Under the pieces are notes generated by a model. The model was not told the origin of the DNA. It searched no databases and saw only the letters and a list, made by a program, of their open reading frames with translations. Below are positions 25,601 to 34,575 of a stretch of DNA of 64,000 nucleotides, one piece after another. This DNA comes from an uncultured Actinomycetes bacterium (lineage in GTDB: Bacteria > Actinomycetota > Thermoleophilia > UBA2241). The position numbers were made by a program, and so were the translations under genes. The stretch spans positions 14,156 to 78,155 of the forward strand of contig CAWJRV010000053.1 in assembly GCA_963845355.1 (NCBI GenBank), read 5' to 3'. The first letter of the stretch is position 1, and every line of letters starts with the position of its first letter.

Positions 25601-25904
25601 AGACGCGATCGGCGACGACCTGCAGACCGTCCGTCACTTCGACGACGCTCATCGCAGTCTTCGCCGACAAGAGGTGCGCCAGCAGACTGGGGTAGTTGGG
25701 ATCGAGATGCTGCAGGAACACGAACGCCATGCCGGTGTCGGCGGGCAGCTTTTCGAGAAGCGCGGAGAACGCCTCGAGGCCGCCGGCCGACGCTCCGATG
25801 CCGGCCACCGTGAACGGCCGCCGCATCGCTGCGGACTCGGCGGTGCGTTGCGCCCTGTAGCCGGAGCGCTTTTGTCCGGTGGGCTTGGGCCGGGTGTCGC
25901 TCAC
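22605..25904 (-). CDS. multidomain signalling protein: CheB methylesterase - CheR methyltransferase - PAS - coiled coil - PAS - SpoIIE/PP2C phosphatase
   Basis: 1099 aa. CheB-like region: VAGIGASAGGLEAFSALL...FVFLQHLDP. CheR-like region: YKLPTIRRRLARRM...TEFFRD...RVWVPGCASGEEAYSLA. An EELxxxNEEL coiled coil follows. The C-terminal SpoIIE region has GGDFSDVF...IGDVAGKG...SAGHPAPL...LYTDGVTEA. Confidence 0.85.
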   Translation of the reverse strand: MSDTRPKPTGQKRSGYRAQRTAESAAMRRPFTVAGIGASAGGLEAFSALLEKLPADTGMAFVFLQHLDPNYPSLLAHLLSAKTAMSVVEVTDGLQVVADRVYVIPPGADMVFESGRLRLTPRPEKGARHLPIDAFLRSLAVNLGERAIGVILSGAASDGAQGLAAIKSEGGVTFAQAPTSAEYSSMPASAIAARMCDFVLPPDEMAAELARLGADSRLNGKATRLLDEGDGSGDAQSLSRVFASLHAAYKVDFSAYKLPTIRRRLARRMLLRRCADLEEYITLLAEDPAEIEALYRDILIMVTEFFRDPETFVSLRELVFPDLLQSKGNGDSLRVWVPGCASGEEAYSLAVTMLDVMEAQDQDVPVKIFGTDINELDLERARRGIFAESIAAVVAPDLLRRYFVRTEGGYQVSKAVRELCVFARHDLTADPPFPHLDLVSCRNLLIYFGAELQRRVIPSLHYGLAAGGYLVLGRSESIAGAARLFDTVDKAHKIFRKLPGSPDLGLPARRHPSRALAPDRQVPVVGSLSGAGSSPGVREQADKVVLAQLAPAGVTVDSQWGIVEFRGDTRPYLANRPGSPSLNLLDMVRDDLVGSVRASLAEAARTGARVVLSGIPTGRAKARRTIDLHVVPFDAAAGTRHFVVLFEERSPLPGRGEPAVSAPSSAETLEAQEVRRLHDELVATRERLEAVVSDKEAANEELRAANEEMLSSGEEMQSVNEELETTHEELQSTNQELRSRNDELAQVGDDLSNLLASVSFPIIMVDRGLRIRRFTPAAERLFKVIHGDIGRPITDLRLPMDMPDLAALLGEVIDTMALKEREVQDDQGRWYIMQARPYTTSDKRIDGAVVTLFDVDELTRRYEVQRHIAITLQQNFVHPMPTVAGLELGLVSKTAFEPELVGGDFSDVFVVDDTHVVALIGDVAGKGVKAAGHTETVRAKMRAFATIDSSPAFILAKTNELLLRYDPDEPHVTAFCAVLDPHTGHLSYASAGHPAPLHLGAFTCRTLDVVYGPPLGSFAHDYANAHTTLTLDDYLVLYTDGVTEARRRGELLGEQRLLEVVSGLRGRPAQRVAEGVCDAVMTFAGRLHDDLQVVILRLA

Positions 25905-26147
25905 GCACGCTCCTTGACGGTGATGGAGGCATCATCTGACAGTCATGCGTGAGGCCGGTTGAACAGCCGAGACTTCGCTTGACCCTGCCAAACTACGGCG
26001 ATAACCCTACCACGACAAGAGTTTTGCCAGCCGGGCGGCCCCGCAGGCAGCCGCGTCGTAGCGACTCCCCGCCCCGCCGCCGGGGCGCGGCATGCCGGCT
26101 CTCCCCGGCGGCCCGGGTCTTGTTTGGGCCGGCGCGGCGTGTCCAGG

Positions 26148-27053
26148 CTAGCGCGGCTTGCGCTGCTTTCGCGCGTACATGAACTCGTCGGCTTGCGCGA
26201 GGATCTCGTCGAGCGAGAGTGCATGCGGGGGCCTCGAACACGCAGAGCCCATGGTCAGCGCGACGGCGAAGCGCAGGCCCGACTCGGCGGTGCGACGCTC
26301 GAGGTCCGCTGCGAGCTGCGTCGTCACGGTCTCGAGCTCACGCTCGTCCGCGTCGGCCAGGGCGACGAACTCATCGCCGCCTATGCGGGCGACGATGTCG
26401 GAGGAGCGGAAGGTCGCTTCGAGGGCCCGGGCGCAGAGAGCGAGGGCGATGTCGCCGGCGTTGTGACCGAACTCGTCGTTGATCGCCTTGAGCTGATCGA
26501 CATCGGCGTAGAAGACCGCCAGGCTCGACCCCGAGCGGCGACTCTCCTTGAGCCGCTGCTCGGCCAGCAGGGCGAAGCCGCGGCGGTTGAAGAGACCGGT
26601 CATGTCGTCGCGCAGCGTCAGTGCGCGCAGCTCTTCCTCGAGGGCGCGGCGCTTGGTCACGTCGGAGGCCGTGACGATGACATGGCTGAGGCTGCCGTCG
26701 GCGGTGCGCATCGGGGTGAGCGAACCGGAGACCAGCAGCCGCTCCCCGGCGCGCGTCGCCCAATGGCACTCGAACGAGTAGGCGCCTTCACCGGCGCGCA
26801 GGCGCCGCAGACCATCGCTCAGCGCGGTCGCCGCCTCGCGGATGGGCAGAACAGAAGTGAACTCACGACCGCTCAATTCCTCGTCACCGTAGCCGGTCGC
26901 CAGCCGCGCGGCACGATTGACCTGCAGTATGCGGCCACCCTCGTCGAGCACCAGAATGAGCGCGTCGGCCGACTCGAGCACGGCGGCGAAGAAGTCGCCC
27001 TGCCTTGCGAGCGACTTCTCGCGGGGCTCATGCCGCTGCACGCTCTCGCTCAT
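26148..27053 (-). CDS. PAS-GGDEF diguanylate cyclase
   Basis: PAS domain (FFAAVLESADALILVLDEGGRILQVNRAA) followed by a GGDEF domain with an intact RIGGDEF active site and an RSSD I-site 5 residues upstream. Start chosen at ATG-27053 (MSESVQ). Confidence 0.85.
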   Translation of the reverse strand: MSESVQRHEPREKSLARQGDFFAAVLESADALILVLDEGGRILQVNRAARLATGYGDEELSGREFTSVLPIREAATALSDGLRRLRAGEGAYSFECHWATRAGERLLVSGSLTPMRTADGSLSHVIVTASDVTKRRALEEELRALTLRDDMTGLFNRRGFALLAEQRLKESRRSGSSLAVFYADVDQLKAINDEFGHNAGDIALALCARALEATFRSSDIVARIGGDEFVALADADERELETVTTQLAADLERRTAESGLRFAVALTMGSACSRPPHALSLDEILAQADEFMYARKQRKPR

Positions 27054-27274
27054 CGGATCGCACCCCCCTGCGTGGCTTTGGGGTTCATCGAGTCTCGCGC
27101 AAGTCGCAGTCACTTCGACCGGATTCACTTTACCCAGGACGACTGCGCAGCTCACAAGGCCGGCGTTGCCGCTGTGACTCAAGCGCGCGACCCCGCGCGT
27201 CGAGGCGAGGCGATGCCCTCTCGCGGGCACCCTCCCGGTCGTGACTGCCGTTGTGAGGGTATCGTCACAGGCAC

Positions 27275-27940
27275 ATGGCGATTGTGACCCATTCCACCGC
27301 CGGCCTGATCCGCCGCGCCCGCCTGGCCGAGAGCCTGACCATCGCCTGGATGGTCGTCGAGCTGGTCGTGGCGATCTGGGCCGGCATCGCTGCTCGCTCG
27401 GTGGGACTCACGACCTTCGGCATCGACAGCGCCATCGAGCTCTTCACGGCCGGGGTCGTCCTGCGACAATTGATTCTGCACACTGAGCGCGCCACCGATG
27501 AGGAGCTCGATCGGCGCGAACGCCAAGCCTCGCGACTCGTCGGCTGGAGCCTCTACGGGCTCACCGTCTACGTGGTCGCCTCGTCGATCCTGAGCCTGGC
27601 GAGCGGCAGCAGGGCCGAATCGTCTCCGGCGGGCATCGCCCTGGCGGTCGCCGCGCTCATCGTGATGCCACTGCTCTGGCGCTGGCGGCGCGGGCTTGCC
27701 GAGCGCCTCGACAGCCCCGCCCTGCGCGGCGACGCGGCCTGCTCGGTGGTGTGCATCTACCTGTCCGCGGTCCTGCTCGTCGGGCTGCTGGCAAACCGCT
27801 TCCTGGGTTGGTGGTGGGCCGACCCGCTCGCCGGCCTGGCCATGATCTGGTGGATCCGCGGCGAGGCCCGAGAAGCCCTCGAAGCGGCCGATACGGGGCG
27901 CCGCTGCGACGCTTGCGGAGACGCCGAGAAAGGCGCCTGA
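27275..27940 (+). CDS. cation-efflux (CDF-like) membrane protein, TM domain only
   Basis: 221 aa with six helices and CDF-like acidic/His positions in helices 2 and 5 (GIDSAIELF; WWADPLAGL). No cytoplasmic CDF domain is present. The C-terminus has CDACGD. Confidence 0.6.
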   Translation: MAIVTHSTAGLIRRARLAESLTIAWMVVELVVAIWAGIAARSVGLTTFGIDSAIELFTAGVVLRQLILHTERATDEELDRRERQASRLVGWSLYGLTVYVVASSILSLASGSRAESSPAGIALAVAALIVMPLLWRWRRGLAERLDSPALRGDAACSVVCIYLSAVLLVGLLANRFLGWWWADPLAGLAMIWWIRGEAREALEAADTGRRCDACGDAEKGA

Positions 27941-28268
27941 CAGCATCCGCACGTCCCTATTCAAGAGCCGCCGCGTTGCGGCCTGTGATGGCCTGCCCGT
28001 TGGCGCAGCGATCCGATCTCGCGTCCACCACGCGCCTCCCTGGAACCGTCTCACACAGCGCCCCTGTGTGTGACCTCAAACGAGCGCAATCGTGCTGCCA
28101 GGTCGAGAGGCTACGGGCAGGGGGTCAGGACTTGTCTGTGGGTGCCGATCCCACGGTAACGACTCCGCGCGCGACATCGGGCTGGACTTTGATCAAGCCC
28201 TCGGCTCGCGCGGTCGATGGTAGTGTCGAGGTGCGTTTGGTGACACCCAACAAGGGGGCCGGCCCAGC

Positions 28269-29294
28269 TTGCGGAACACGCCCAGAGCCTGCTACAGCGG
28301 ATGTCGGCCTGGCCTCCTTGCCTGCGTCGTCGCCGCAGCGATGTTGCTCAGCCTGCCCGGCTGTGGCGGTGGCGTCGCGGCTTCCAGTCACAGTCCCTCT
28401 CCGAGCCCAACGGCAGCCCCGCACCTGTCCGTCGGACAGCTTCGCGACCTGGTCATCGCTGGGCGACACAGCTATTTCACGTCCCTGGCCAAGGACGTTC
28501 CGAAGATCGCCGGCGCCAGGACCGGCGACGTCTTCATCGGCGACCCACACGGACACGACCTCTTCCAAGGTCCCGGCCGCCGGCGTCCCTGCAGTCGGGT
28601 GCTGATCGCCGCCTTCGTCTCGTCACCCGATGGCAAGACGATGCACAACGCAGACACGGCCGTCATCGACGACTCGGGCGTCGGCGAGGGCGTCGGCGAG
28701 GGCGTCTACCGACTGCAAGGGCCCGCGTGGGCGTTGTGGTCGGCGGACCGAGCCGCCCTGCTGAAGCTCAGCCACTCGCTCGGCGGGCAGCTTGTGCAGA
28801 TACAGGCCGCCACCCATCCGGGGATGCGTCAGCTCAGGGCTGGCGAGCACCTGTTCTTCCGCTGCGGACTATCTGTCGTCGTGCCGAGCGATTACGACGG
28901 TTCCTATGTACACGGCATGCAGCAGCTCTCCGGCTACGACGAGAGCATGGGTCCCAGCACGATTACCGGTGGACCGCTGGGCAACGTCGCCATCTACAGC
29001 CTCGACGAACAGGTTGACGGGTTCATGCCGGGGCTCCCCCGCTGGCCGATCGTGGCCTCGTCGGCAGACGGAACGGTCGTGGTGCGTTGCGTCGGTGCCC
29101 ACATCGGCACAGCGCACACCCTGGCGTTGGTCGACGTCGTCGTCCACCTTCCCGGACGCCCCGTCGGGATCGTCGGCGTCGTGGTGAAGGGCCGAGCGGC
29201 TACGACGGCGCAGAGCAAGGTCATGGCCCAGCTCGCCCATGTCTGGCGGCACTTCTCGATCACCGGGGCGATGATGCCGGCTCCTGGTCACTAG
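28269..29294 (+). CDS. hypothetical lipoprotein
   Basis: Lipobox LSLPGCGG after a hydrophobic h-region, then an SPSPSPT linker. No family recognised. Confidence 0.55.
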   Translation: MRNTPRACYSGCRPGLLACVVAAAMLLSLPGCGGGVAASSHSPSPSPTAAPHLSVGQLRDLVIAGRHSYFTSLAKDVPKIAGARTGDVFIGDPHGHDLFQGPGRRRPCSRVLIAAFVSSPDGKTMHNADTAVIDDSGVGEGVGEGVYRLQGPAWALWSADRAALLKLSHSLGGQLVQIQAATHPGMRQLRAGEHLFFRCGLSVVVPSDYDGSYVHGMQQLSGYDESMGPSTITGGPLGNVAIYSLDEQVDGFMPGLPRWPIVASSADGTVVVRCVGAHIGTAHTLALVDVVVHLPGRPVGIVGVVVKGRAATTAQSKVMAQLAHVWRHFSITGAMMPAPGH

Positions 29295-29339
29295 CGAGAC
29301 AGCGAGCGGGCTGACCGGCGGTCGAGAGGGGCGCTTTCG

Positions 29340-30473
29340 TCAGGGCAGGTTCAGCCGGACATGAACGAACCGCCGCCCCTCGCCGAACCAGGCGTCACGC
29401 CCGCTCACCGCAAGCTCGCCGGCGATGCCGCTCAGCGTGGTCTGCGCGAGCAGCCGGCCCTGCGGGTCGAGTTCGACCAGTGCACTCGATCCGCCGAGCG
29501 GAGTGACCAGGGCGACGAGCGTCGAGCCGTCCACGGCGACTGACTCCAGCTCCGGCTCGCTTGTTGAGCGGCCCTCGACCTCCAGCTCCGCCTCGCCGAT
29601 CGGCTGGCCCACGACCGCCCCGTGAAGGGCCACCGGCACGATCTCGCTACCCCAGAGATAGACGCTGCTGCCGGCGGCGACCTCCTGGATCGACTGCCAG
29701 GGGATCGGACCGCTCTTCCCAGACACGAACGTCTGCGAGCGCACCGCGAGGGTCGCCGGGTCCATCCGGACGAGGTCGAGGTGCTGGCGCTCGCCGGCGG
29801 CCAGCACCCAGAGGCTGCCCGCCCCGACTGCGGGCGTCGACACCGAGACCGTTGCGGCTGTCAGCGGAGTCGACTCGGCGACGACACGTCTCGAGGCGCG
29901 AATGGCCAACGTTCGCGGGTCGAGCCGTAGCACGCGACCGTCGTCGGTCGCGGCCCAGAGCCGCTGCCGCTGCTCGACGGCGCTGACTGCAGCCGTGAAC
30001 TTGGCTCTGGCGACGATGGCGAGGGTCGACGGGTCGATGCGCAGAAGCTCGTCGGGAACGTTTGGGAAGAAGCGATGGAGCACCCCGGTCCCGACGTACA
30101 GCCCGTCCGCGCCGGCCGAGACAGACATGATGTCATTCGCGTAGACGCGCCCGACCACCAGTGAGCGCCGCTTGATCACCCGACCGTCGCCGGCGATCTC
30201 GATCACCCGGATGGCGCGTCGTGGAGGCACCGTGTCGGGTGGCAGGATAACGACGTAGGCTTGCTGTCCTGTTGCCGTAAACAGCGCGGTGTAGCTCGGC
30301 GGAATCCGCAGAGTTGCGACTCCGACTGTGGCGGCAGCCTGGGGCACCCCGCCGCCCGACGCGGAGGCGCGAGCGGACAGTGTTGGCGAGTGGGATGCCG
30401 TCGAGTTGCCGCAGCCAATACATGCCGACAGGCATGTGGCCAACGCCACCATGATCGCGACTCGACGCTTCAC
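29340..30473 (-). CDS. hypothetical lipoprotein (beta-propeller-like repeats)
   Basis: Starts MKRRVAIMVALATCLSACIGCG (lipobox). It has repeated ~40-aa strands with recurring L(R/V)RxDP...L motifs (LLRIDPSTLAIV, VLRLDPRTLAIR, LVRMDPATLAVR, LVELDPQGRLL). Confidence 0.55.
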   Translation of the reverse strand: MKRRVAIMVALATCLSACIGCGNSTASHSPTLSARASASGGGVPQAAATVGVATLRIPPSYTALFTATGQQAYVVILPPDTVPPRRAIRVIEIAGDGRVIKRRSLVVGRVYANDIMSVSAGADGLYVGTGVLHRFFPNVPDELLRIDPSTLAIVARAKFTAAVSAVEQRQRLWAATDDGRVLRLDPRTLAIRASRRVVAESTPLTAATVSVSTPAVGAGSLWVLAAGERQHLDLVRMDPATLAVRSQTFVSGKSGPIPWQSIQEVAAGSSVYLWGSEIVPVALHGAVVGQPIGEAELEVEGRSTSEPELESVAVDGSTLVALVTPLGGSSALVELDPQGRLLAQTTLSGIAGELAVSGRDAWFGEGRRFVHVRLNLP

Positions 30474-30548
30474 GCAGCACCTCGCTCCGCGGCTCGCGCC
30501 GAGACTAGCGCAACCGTGCGATACGGTCGAGTCTCTTGCGACGGGTCG

Positions 30549-31325
30549 CTACTCCCAGCGAAAGTACCGCACGGCGACGAACGCAAAGACCAGCGCGTAG
30601 CCGACCAGGACCGCGAGGGTCGAGAGCGGAGGCGTCGCATTGAACACCGAGTACAGAAGAGCCCGCACCGCGGCGCCGACCGGCGAGTAGTACATGATGG
30701 TCCGCAGCGGTTCACCGACCTGTACCGGCTGAACCCACAGCCCCGACAGGAACAGAAGGGCAAAGAAGAGCACCCCGCCGGCGACACTGGCCACGGTCTG
30801 CGTCCGAGCCAGGGCCACGACGACCAGTCCCAGCGAGAAGATCTCTGCGATGGCGAGCACGAGCGAGAGGATGAAGAACGGGATGTTGACACTGAGTGGC
30901 GCACCGAAGATCACCGTGCCGCCGACGATGGTGACGACGATCGCCGCCGCAGCGAGCACGAGGTTGAGGATCAGCTGCGCGGCGAGCAGTCGCGACGGGT
31001 GCACCGGTGTTGTGGAAATGCGTCTGAGCCAGCCCATCTCACGGTCCCTCACCAGCGTGTTGGGAAGGGAGATCGCTATGGCGACAAACGAAATGACCAT
31101 GATCGTCGGGATGTAGAGATCGATCACCGTCAGGCCGCTGCCGCCCACATTCCCCGGGACGTGCTTGCTGATCACGCCAAAGAGAACCACCAGGACCAGG
31201 GGGAACCCGAGACCGAGACCGACCCCATGGGGCTCGCGCAGAGAGAGCCTCGCCTGGACCTTCAGCAGCGCTGCGAGCTGCGCCCGCGACCGACGGCTGA
31301 GCACTTCGCCGAGACTCGACCTCAT
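30549..31325 (-). CDS. ABC-2 type exporter permease
   Basis: 258 aa with six helices. Its start overlaps the stop of the ATPase gene (31322-31325). Confidence 0.8.
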   Translation of the reverse strand: MRSSLGEVLSRRSRAQLAALLKVQARLSLREPHGVGLGLGFPLVLVVLFGVISKHVPGNVGGSGLTVIDLYIPTIMVISFVAIAISLPNTLVRDREMGWLRRISTTPVHPSRLLAAQLILNLVLAAAAIVVTIVGGTVIFGAPLSVNIPFFILSLVLAIAEIFSLGLVVVALARTQTVASVAGGVLFFALLFLSGLWVQPVQVGEPLRTIMYYSPVGAAVRALLYSVFNATPPLSTLAVLVGYALVFAFVAVRYFRWE

Positions 31326-32287
31326 GGCTGGATCTCTTCCGATCCCGATGCGCTGTCCCTGGTCAGCTGAACGAATGCATCATCAAGGTTGCCGCGTCTT
31401 GCCTCGAGCTCCGACACCTGGACCCCCCCGGCCGCGAGCGCATTGATCAGCGACGCGGCCAGATCGCCCGTGCCCGTGACCGTCAAATAGCGGTCCTTTC
31501 GCTCCACCGTCTGCACTCCACGGACGGCGTACAGGGTCTTGTCGTCAACGGGCTGTGAGGGGACAAAGCGCACCCTGTTCCCGCCTGCCTCGGCGGCGAT
31601 CGCTTCCGGCGTGTCCAGGATCCGCAGGCGTGCCCGATCGATCAGCGCCACGCGGTCGCACAGGGTCTCGGCCTCGTCCATGAAGTGAGTGACGAGGATC
31701 ACGGTGACGCCGCGCTCCCTCATGCGCTCTATGACCGCCCAGATGTTGCGTCGTGCCTCGGGATCGAGCCCGGTAGTCAGCTCATCGAGGATCGCGATCC
31801 TGGGATTGCCCACCAGCGCGAGCGCGATGGAGGCCCGTTGCTTCTGGCCGCCCGACAACTTCCTGAACGCGACGCGCTCGATGTCTTTGACCCCGAGGGA
31901 CTCGAGCACCTCGTGCGGGTCCAGCGGATCTGAGTAGAACGAGGCAAAGAGCTCGAGGGCCTCGCCCACCCTCAACCGTGGCGGCAGAGAGCTCTCCTGG
32001 AGCTGGACACCCACGAACTCTCTGATCATGTCCCTGTCGCGCTGCGGAGAGAGTCCGCAGACGCTTATCGATCCCGAATCCGGGACACGCAGGCCGGAGA
32101 TGCATTCGACCGTCGTCGTCTTGCCGGCGCCGTTGGGGCCGATGATCCCGAAGATCTCCCCTTCCCGGATGGAGAAGGACACGTCGTCGACGGCCGCGAG
32201 ACTTCCGTACCGTTTGACCAGATCCGTGACTGTGACGACGGGTTGTTCGTCACGCGGGTCTTCGGCGTCGGGCGGAACCGTCGTCAT
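31322..32287 (-). CDS. ABC transporter ATP-binding protein
   Basis: Walker A GPNGAGKTT, signature LSGGQKQRASIA and Walker B IAILDELTTGLD. Start chosen at ATG-32287 (MTTVPPDAEDP). Confidence 0.88.
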   Translation of the reverse strand: MTTVPPDAEDPRDEQPVVTVTDLVKRYGSLAAVDDVSFSIREGEIFGIIGPNGAGKTTTVECISGLRVPDSGSISVCGLSPQRDRDMIREFVGVQLQESSLPPRLRVGEALELFASFYSDPLDPHEVLESLGVKDIERVAFRKLSGGQKQRASIALALVGNPRIAILDELTTGLDPEARRNIWAVIERMRERGVTVILVTHFMDEAETLCDRVALIDRARLRILDTPEAIAAEAGGNRVRFVPSQPVDDKTLYAVRGVQTVERKDRYLTVTGTGDLAASLINALAAGGVQVSELEARRGNLDDAFVQLTRDSASGSEEIQP

Positions 32288-32291
32288 GGCA

Positions 32292-32588
32292 TCACGAGCG
32301 GCGCCTGAGAAGAGGATCGGCAGCCTCGGTCCGGATGTCGCCGACCTCATTGCCGGCGTCGTCGCCGACCTCGTCGCCCGCATCGTCGCCGACCTCGTCG
32401 CCGTCGTCGCTGACCTTGTCCCCTGCGACGCCGTCCGACCTTCTGCGGCCGCCCTTGCGCCCGCGCACCGACTCGCGCAGCAGCCACTCGATCTGGGCGT
32501 TCACAGAGCGCAGCTCGTCGCCGGCCCACTTCTCGAGCTCCTTCCACAGCTCGGGGTCGATGCGCAGCAGGAACTGCTTACGGGCCAT
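32292..32588 (-). CDS. Arc/MetJ-type ribbon-helix-helix DNA-binding protein with acidic repeat tail
   Basis: The N-terminus MARKQFLLRIDPELWKELEKWAGDELRSVNAQIEWLLRESV matches the Arc-family RHH pattern. The C-terminal ~45 aa are GDEVGDDAGDEVGDDAGNEVGD repeats. Confidence 0.7.
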   Translation of the reverse strand: MARKQFLLRIDPELWKELEKWAGDELRSVNAQIEWLLRESVRGRKGGRRRSDGVAGDKVSDDGDEVGDDAGDEVGDDAGNEVGDIRTEAADPLLRRRS

Positions 32589-32640
32589 CAGCGTCGCGGG
32601 GTCGCGGTCGCCAGCGGGGCAGTCTGCGGTTGTGGCGCAC

Positions 32641-33567
32641 TCACTGGTAGAGGGTGCCGGCGTTGACGATCGGGTTGACCTGCTGCTCGCCGCAGAGCAC
32701 GACCATAAGGTTGCTCACCATCGCCGCCTTACGCTCCTCGTCGAGCTGCACAAGGTTCTTCTCGCTCAGAAGGTAGAGCGCGCGGTCGACCATGCCCACC
32801 GCCCCCTCGACGATCTTGCTGCGCGCGGCGATGATCGCCTCGGCCTGCTGGCGGCGCAGCATCGCCTGGGCGATCTCGGGTGAATAGGCGAGATGGGTGA
32901 GGCGCGATTCGTCGACTGTGACGCCGGCCTTGGCGAGGCGCTCCTGGAGCTCTTCCTTCAAGGCCTGCGAGACCTCGTCGACGTTGCCGCGCAGCGTGAT
33001 GGCGGTGTCTTCGCCTTCGCCGTGGTCGTAGGCGTAGGCGGTGGCCAGGTGGCGCAGGGCGGTCTCGCTCTGCATACCCACGTAGGCCTCGAAGTCTTCG
33101 ACGTCGAAGACCGCTCGAGCGGTGTCGCTCACGTGCCAGACGACGACTGTGGCGATCTCCACGGGGTTGCCGGCCTTGTCGTTGACTTTGAGCTTCTCGC
33201 CGTTCAAGGTGCGCGCCCGCAGCGAGATCTTGTAGCGCGGCAGGCGCGTGCCGCCCGGCTCGCGGACTGACTTCTTGCGACCGGCGGGCCCGTTCGCGTA
33301 GAACGGGTTGGCCCAGAACAGGCCGACCTGACGGGTCGTGCCCCGGTAGCTGCCGAAGAGGATGAGCACGCGGGCCTCGTTGGGCTGCAGGGTGAAATAG
33401 CCCAAGGTGGACAGGGCTGCCAGCAGGAAGAGCGCGCCGATATAGAGAGCATCCCAGCCCGCCGTGATCCCCGCGATGATCAAGGCCACCGCGGCGGCGT
33501 ACAGCGCAAACGTGACCGGCACCATGATCCAACCGCTCATCGCTCGGGCTTCACGTTCCGTAGTCAT
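32641..33567 (-). CDS. SPFH/band-7 domain membrane protein
   Basis: Two N-terminal helices, then an SPFH core ([10 protein letters not shown]...[23 protein letters not shown]...ETALRHLA) and a C-terminal helical region. Confidence 0.8.
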   Translation of the reverse strand: MTTEREARAMSGWIMVPVTFALYAAAVALIIAGITAGWDALYIGALFLLAALSTLGYFTLQPNEARVLILFGSYRGTTRQVGLFWANPFYANGPAGRKKSVREPGGTRLPRYKISLRARTLNGEKLKVNDKAGNPVEIATVVVWHVSDTARAVFDVEDFEAYVGMQSETALRHLATAYAYDHGEGEDTAITLRGNVDEVSQALKEELQERLAKAGVTVDESRLTHLAYSPEIAQAMLRRQQAEAIIAARSKIVEGAVGMVDRALYLLSEKNLVQLDEERKAAMVSNLMVVLCGEQQVNPIVNAGTLYQ

Positions 33568-33840
33568 GGCGATCCTTTCAGGCGACGACTGCCGTGTGAC
33601 ATCGGAATGATATCACCACGGAATCATGACCGCAAGAACCGCGTGAGTGGAGCCTGTGGGCGCTCAGCGTGTGACGGGGCGAACAGTTCTGACCTGTTCA
33701 GCGTGATCGCAGTCACCAACCTTCCGATGCGGCGAATATCCGCTCGTACACCACATTCCACGAAAGTGAACACTCCTCGGGGCCGGCAGGACTCCAGTGA
33801 TGGTAGTAGGATTGCTCTTGCAAGATGCAGGTGCAGGGGG

Positions 33841-34260
33841 GTGGGTCTCACGGGAAGGGCGTTGCATCCGAGACGTTTGGCCGCCGTGGTCGCCGCAGCG
33901 GCCGCACTCGCTGGTACGGCGTCCTGCGCCTCTTCTCTTCATCTGCCTCACGTCAGCGTCACGTTCGAGCCGAATCGGCGCGACTCGATCACCATCGCGT
34001 CTCACGGCAGCGGCATAGGTCTGGCGGCCACCGTCCTCCGCTTCCCCGACGGCCATCACAAGGTCTGGGGTTGCACGCTGCTTCAGGGCGGCGTCAGCGG
34101 TGGGACGGCGTTCGACTGGTTCAAGGACCTGCATCCCGGCGACTACAGGTACTTCGTCTACGCCGAAGCGACCCGCAATACCAGGTACCTCCAGTTCCCC
34201 ACTCGCGACTTGGTGGCCAAGAACCTGATCGCCTCAGGCAGCTTTACCGTCGGCAAGTAG
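33841..34260 (+). CDS. hypothetical small lipoprotein/secreted protein
   Basis: GTG-33841 gives VGLTGRALHPRRLAAVVAAAAALAGTASCASS (signal peptide with a lipobox-like TASC). The upstream part of the track ORF (from 33607) has non-protein-like composition. The start is uncertain. Confidence 0.4.
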   Translation: MGLTGRALHPRRLAAVVAAAAALAGTASCASSLHLPHVSVTFEPNRRDSITIASHGSGIGLAATVLRFPDGHHKVWGCTLLQGGVSGGTAFDWFKDLHPGDYRYFVYAEATRNTRYLQFPTRDLVAKNLIASGSFTVGK

Positions 34261-34293
34261 GAGACGACCCCGGTCGGAACGACGGGGGGCGGG

Positions 34294-34370
34294 TGGTGGG
34301 CGACGTTGGAATTGAACCAACGACCTCCAGCTTGTCGAGCTGGCGCTCTACGCAACTGAGCTAGTCGCCC
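34294..34370 (-). tRNA. tRNA-Val (anticodon GAC), CCA encoded
   Basis: Folded by hand: acceptor GGGCGAC/GTCGCCC, D arm GCTC-AGTTGCGTA-GAGC, anticodon arm CCAGC-TCGACAA-GCTGG, variable loop AGGTC, T arm GTTGG-TTCAATT-CCAAC, discriminator A and CCA. Position 33 is C instead of the near-universal U. Confidence 0.85.
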
Positions 34371-34532
34371 ACGAGAGACCGTGATTATAGCAGACGGTCC
34401 GGGGCACGAAACCCTCTCCGGCGTCTGCCACCGCACCTCGACAAGATCCACCGTCCTACCCCCCTGAGCGCCTTCGCAGCGTCGCCGGCGCGCGCCTCCA
34501 CGGTCGACACGACACGCGCCCCTCCGCTCGTC

Positions 34533-34575
34533 TTGCCAACACCGCGTGCACGTCTTATACTGACTAGTCAGTTTA
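34533..34575 (+). promoter_or_regulatory. promoter with overlapping palindromic operator upstream of the ABC-ATPase/YhgE-Pip/TetR/M15 operon
   Basis: TTGCCA (34533-34538), 17 nt, TATACT (34556-34561). The perfect 14-bp palindrome ACTGACTAGTCAGT (34559-34572) extends to 18/20 over 34556-34575 and overlaps the -10 element and the likely transcription start. Confidence 0.5.

Noticed and set aside
27054-27274. Metal-sensing (czcD/NiCo-type) riboswitch ahead of the CDF-like transporter
   Set aside because: Only a short 5-bp hairpin (GTGAC...GTCAC) is present. I could not find the conserved riboswitch core sequences, so there is nothing beyond a generic leader.
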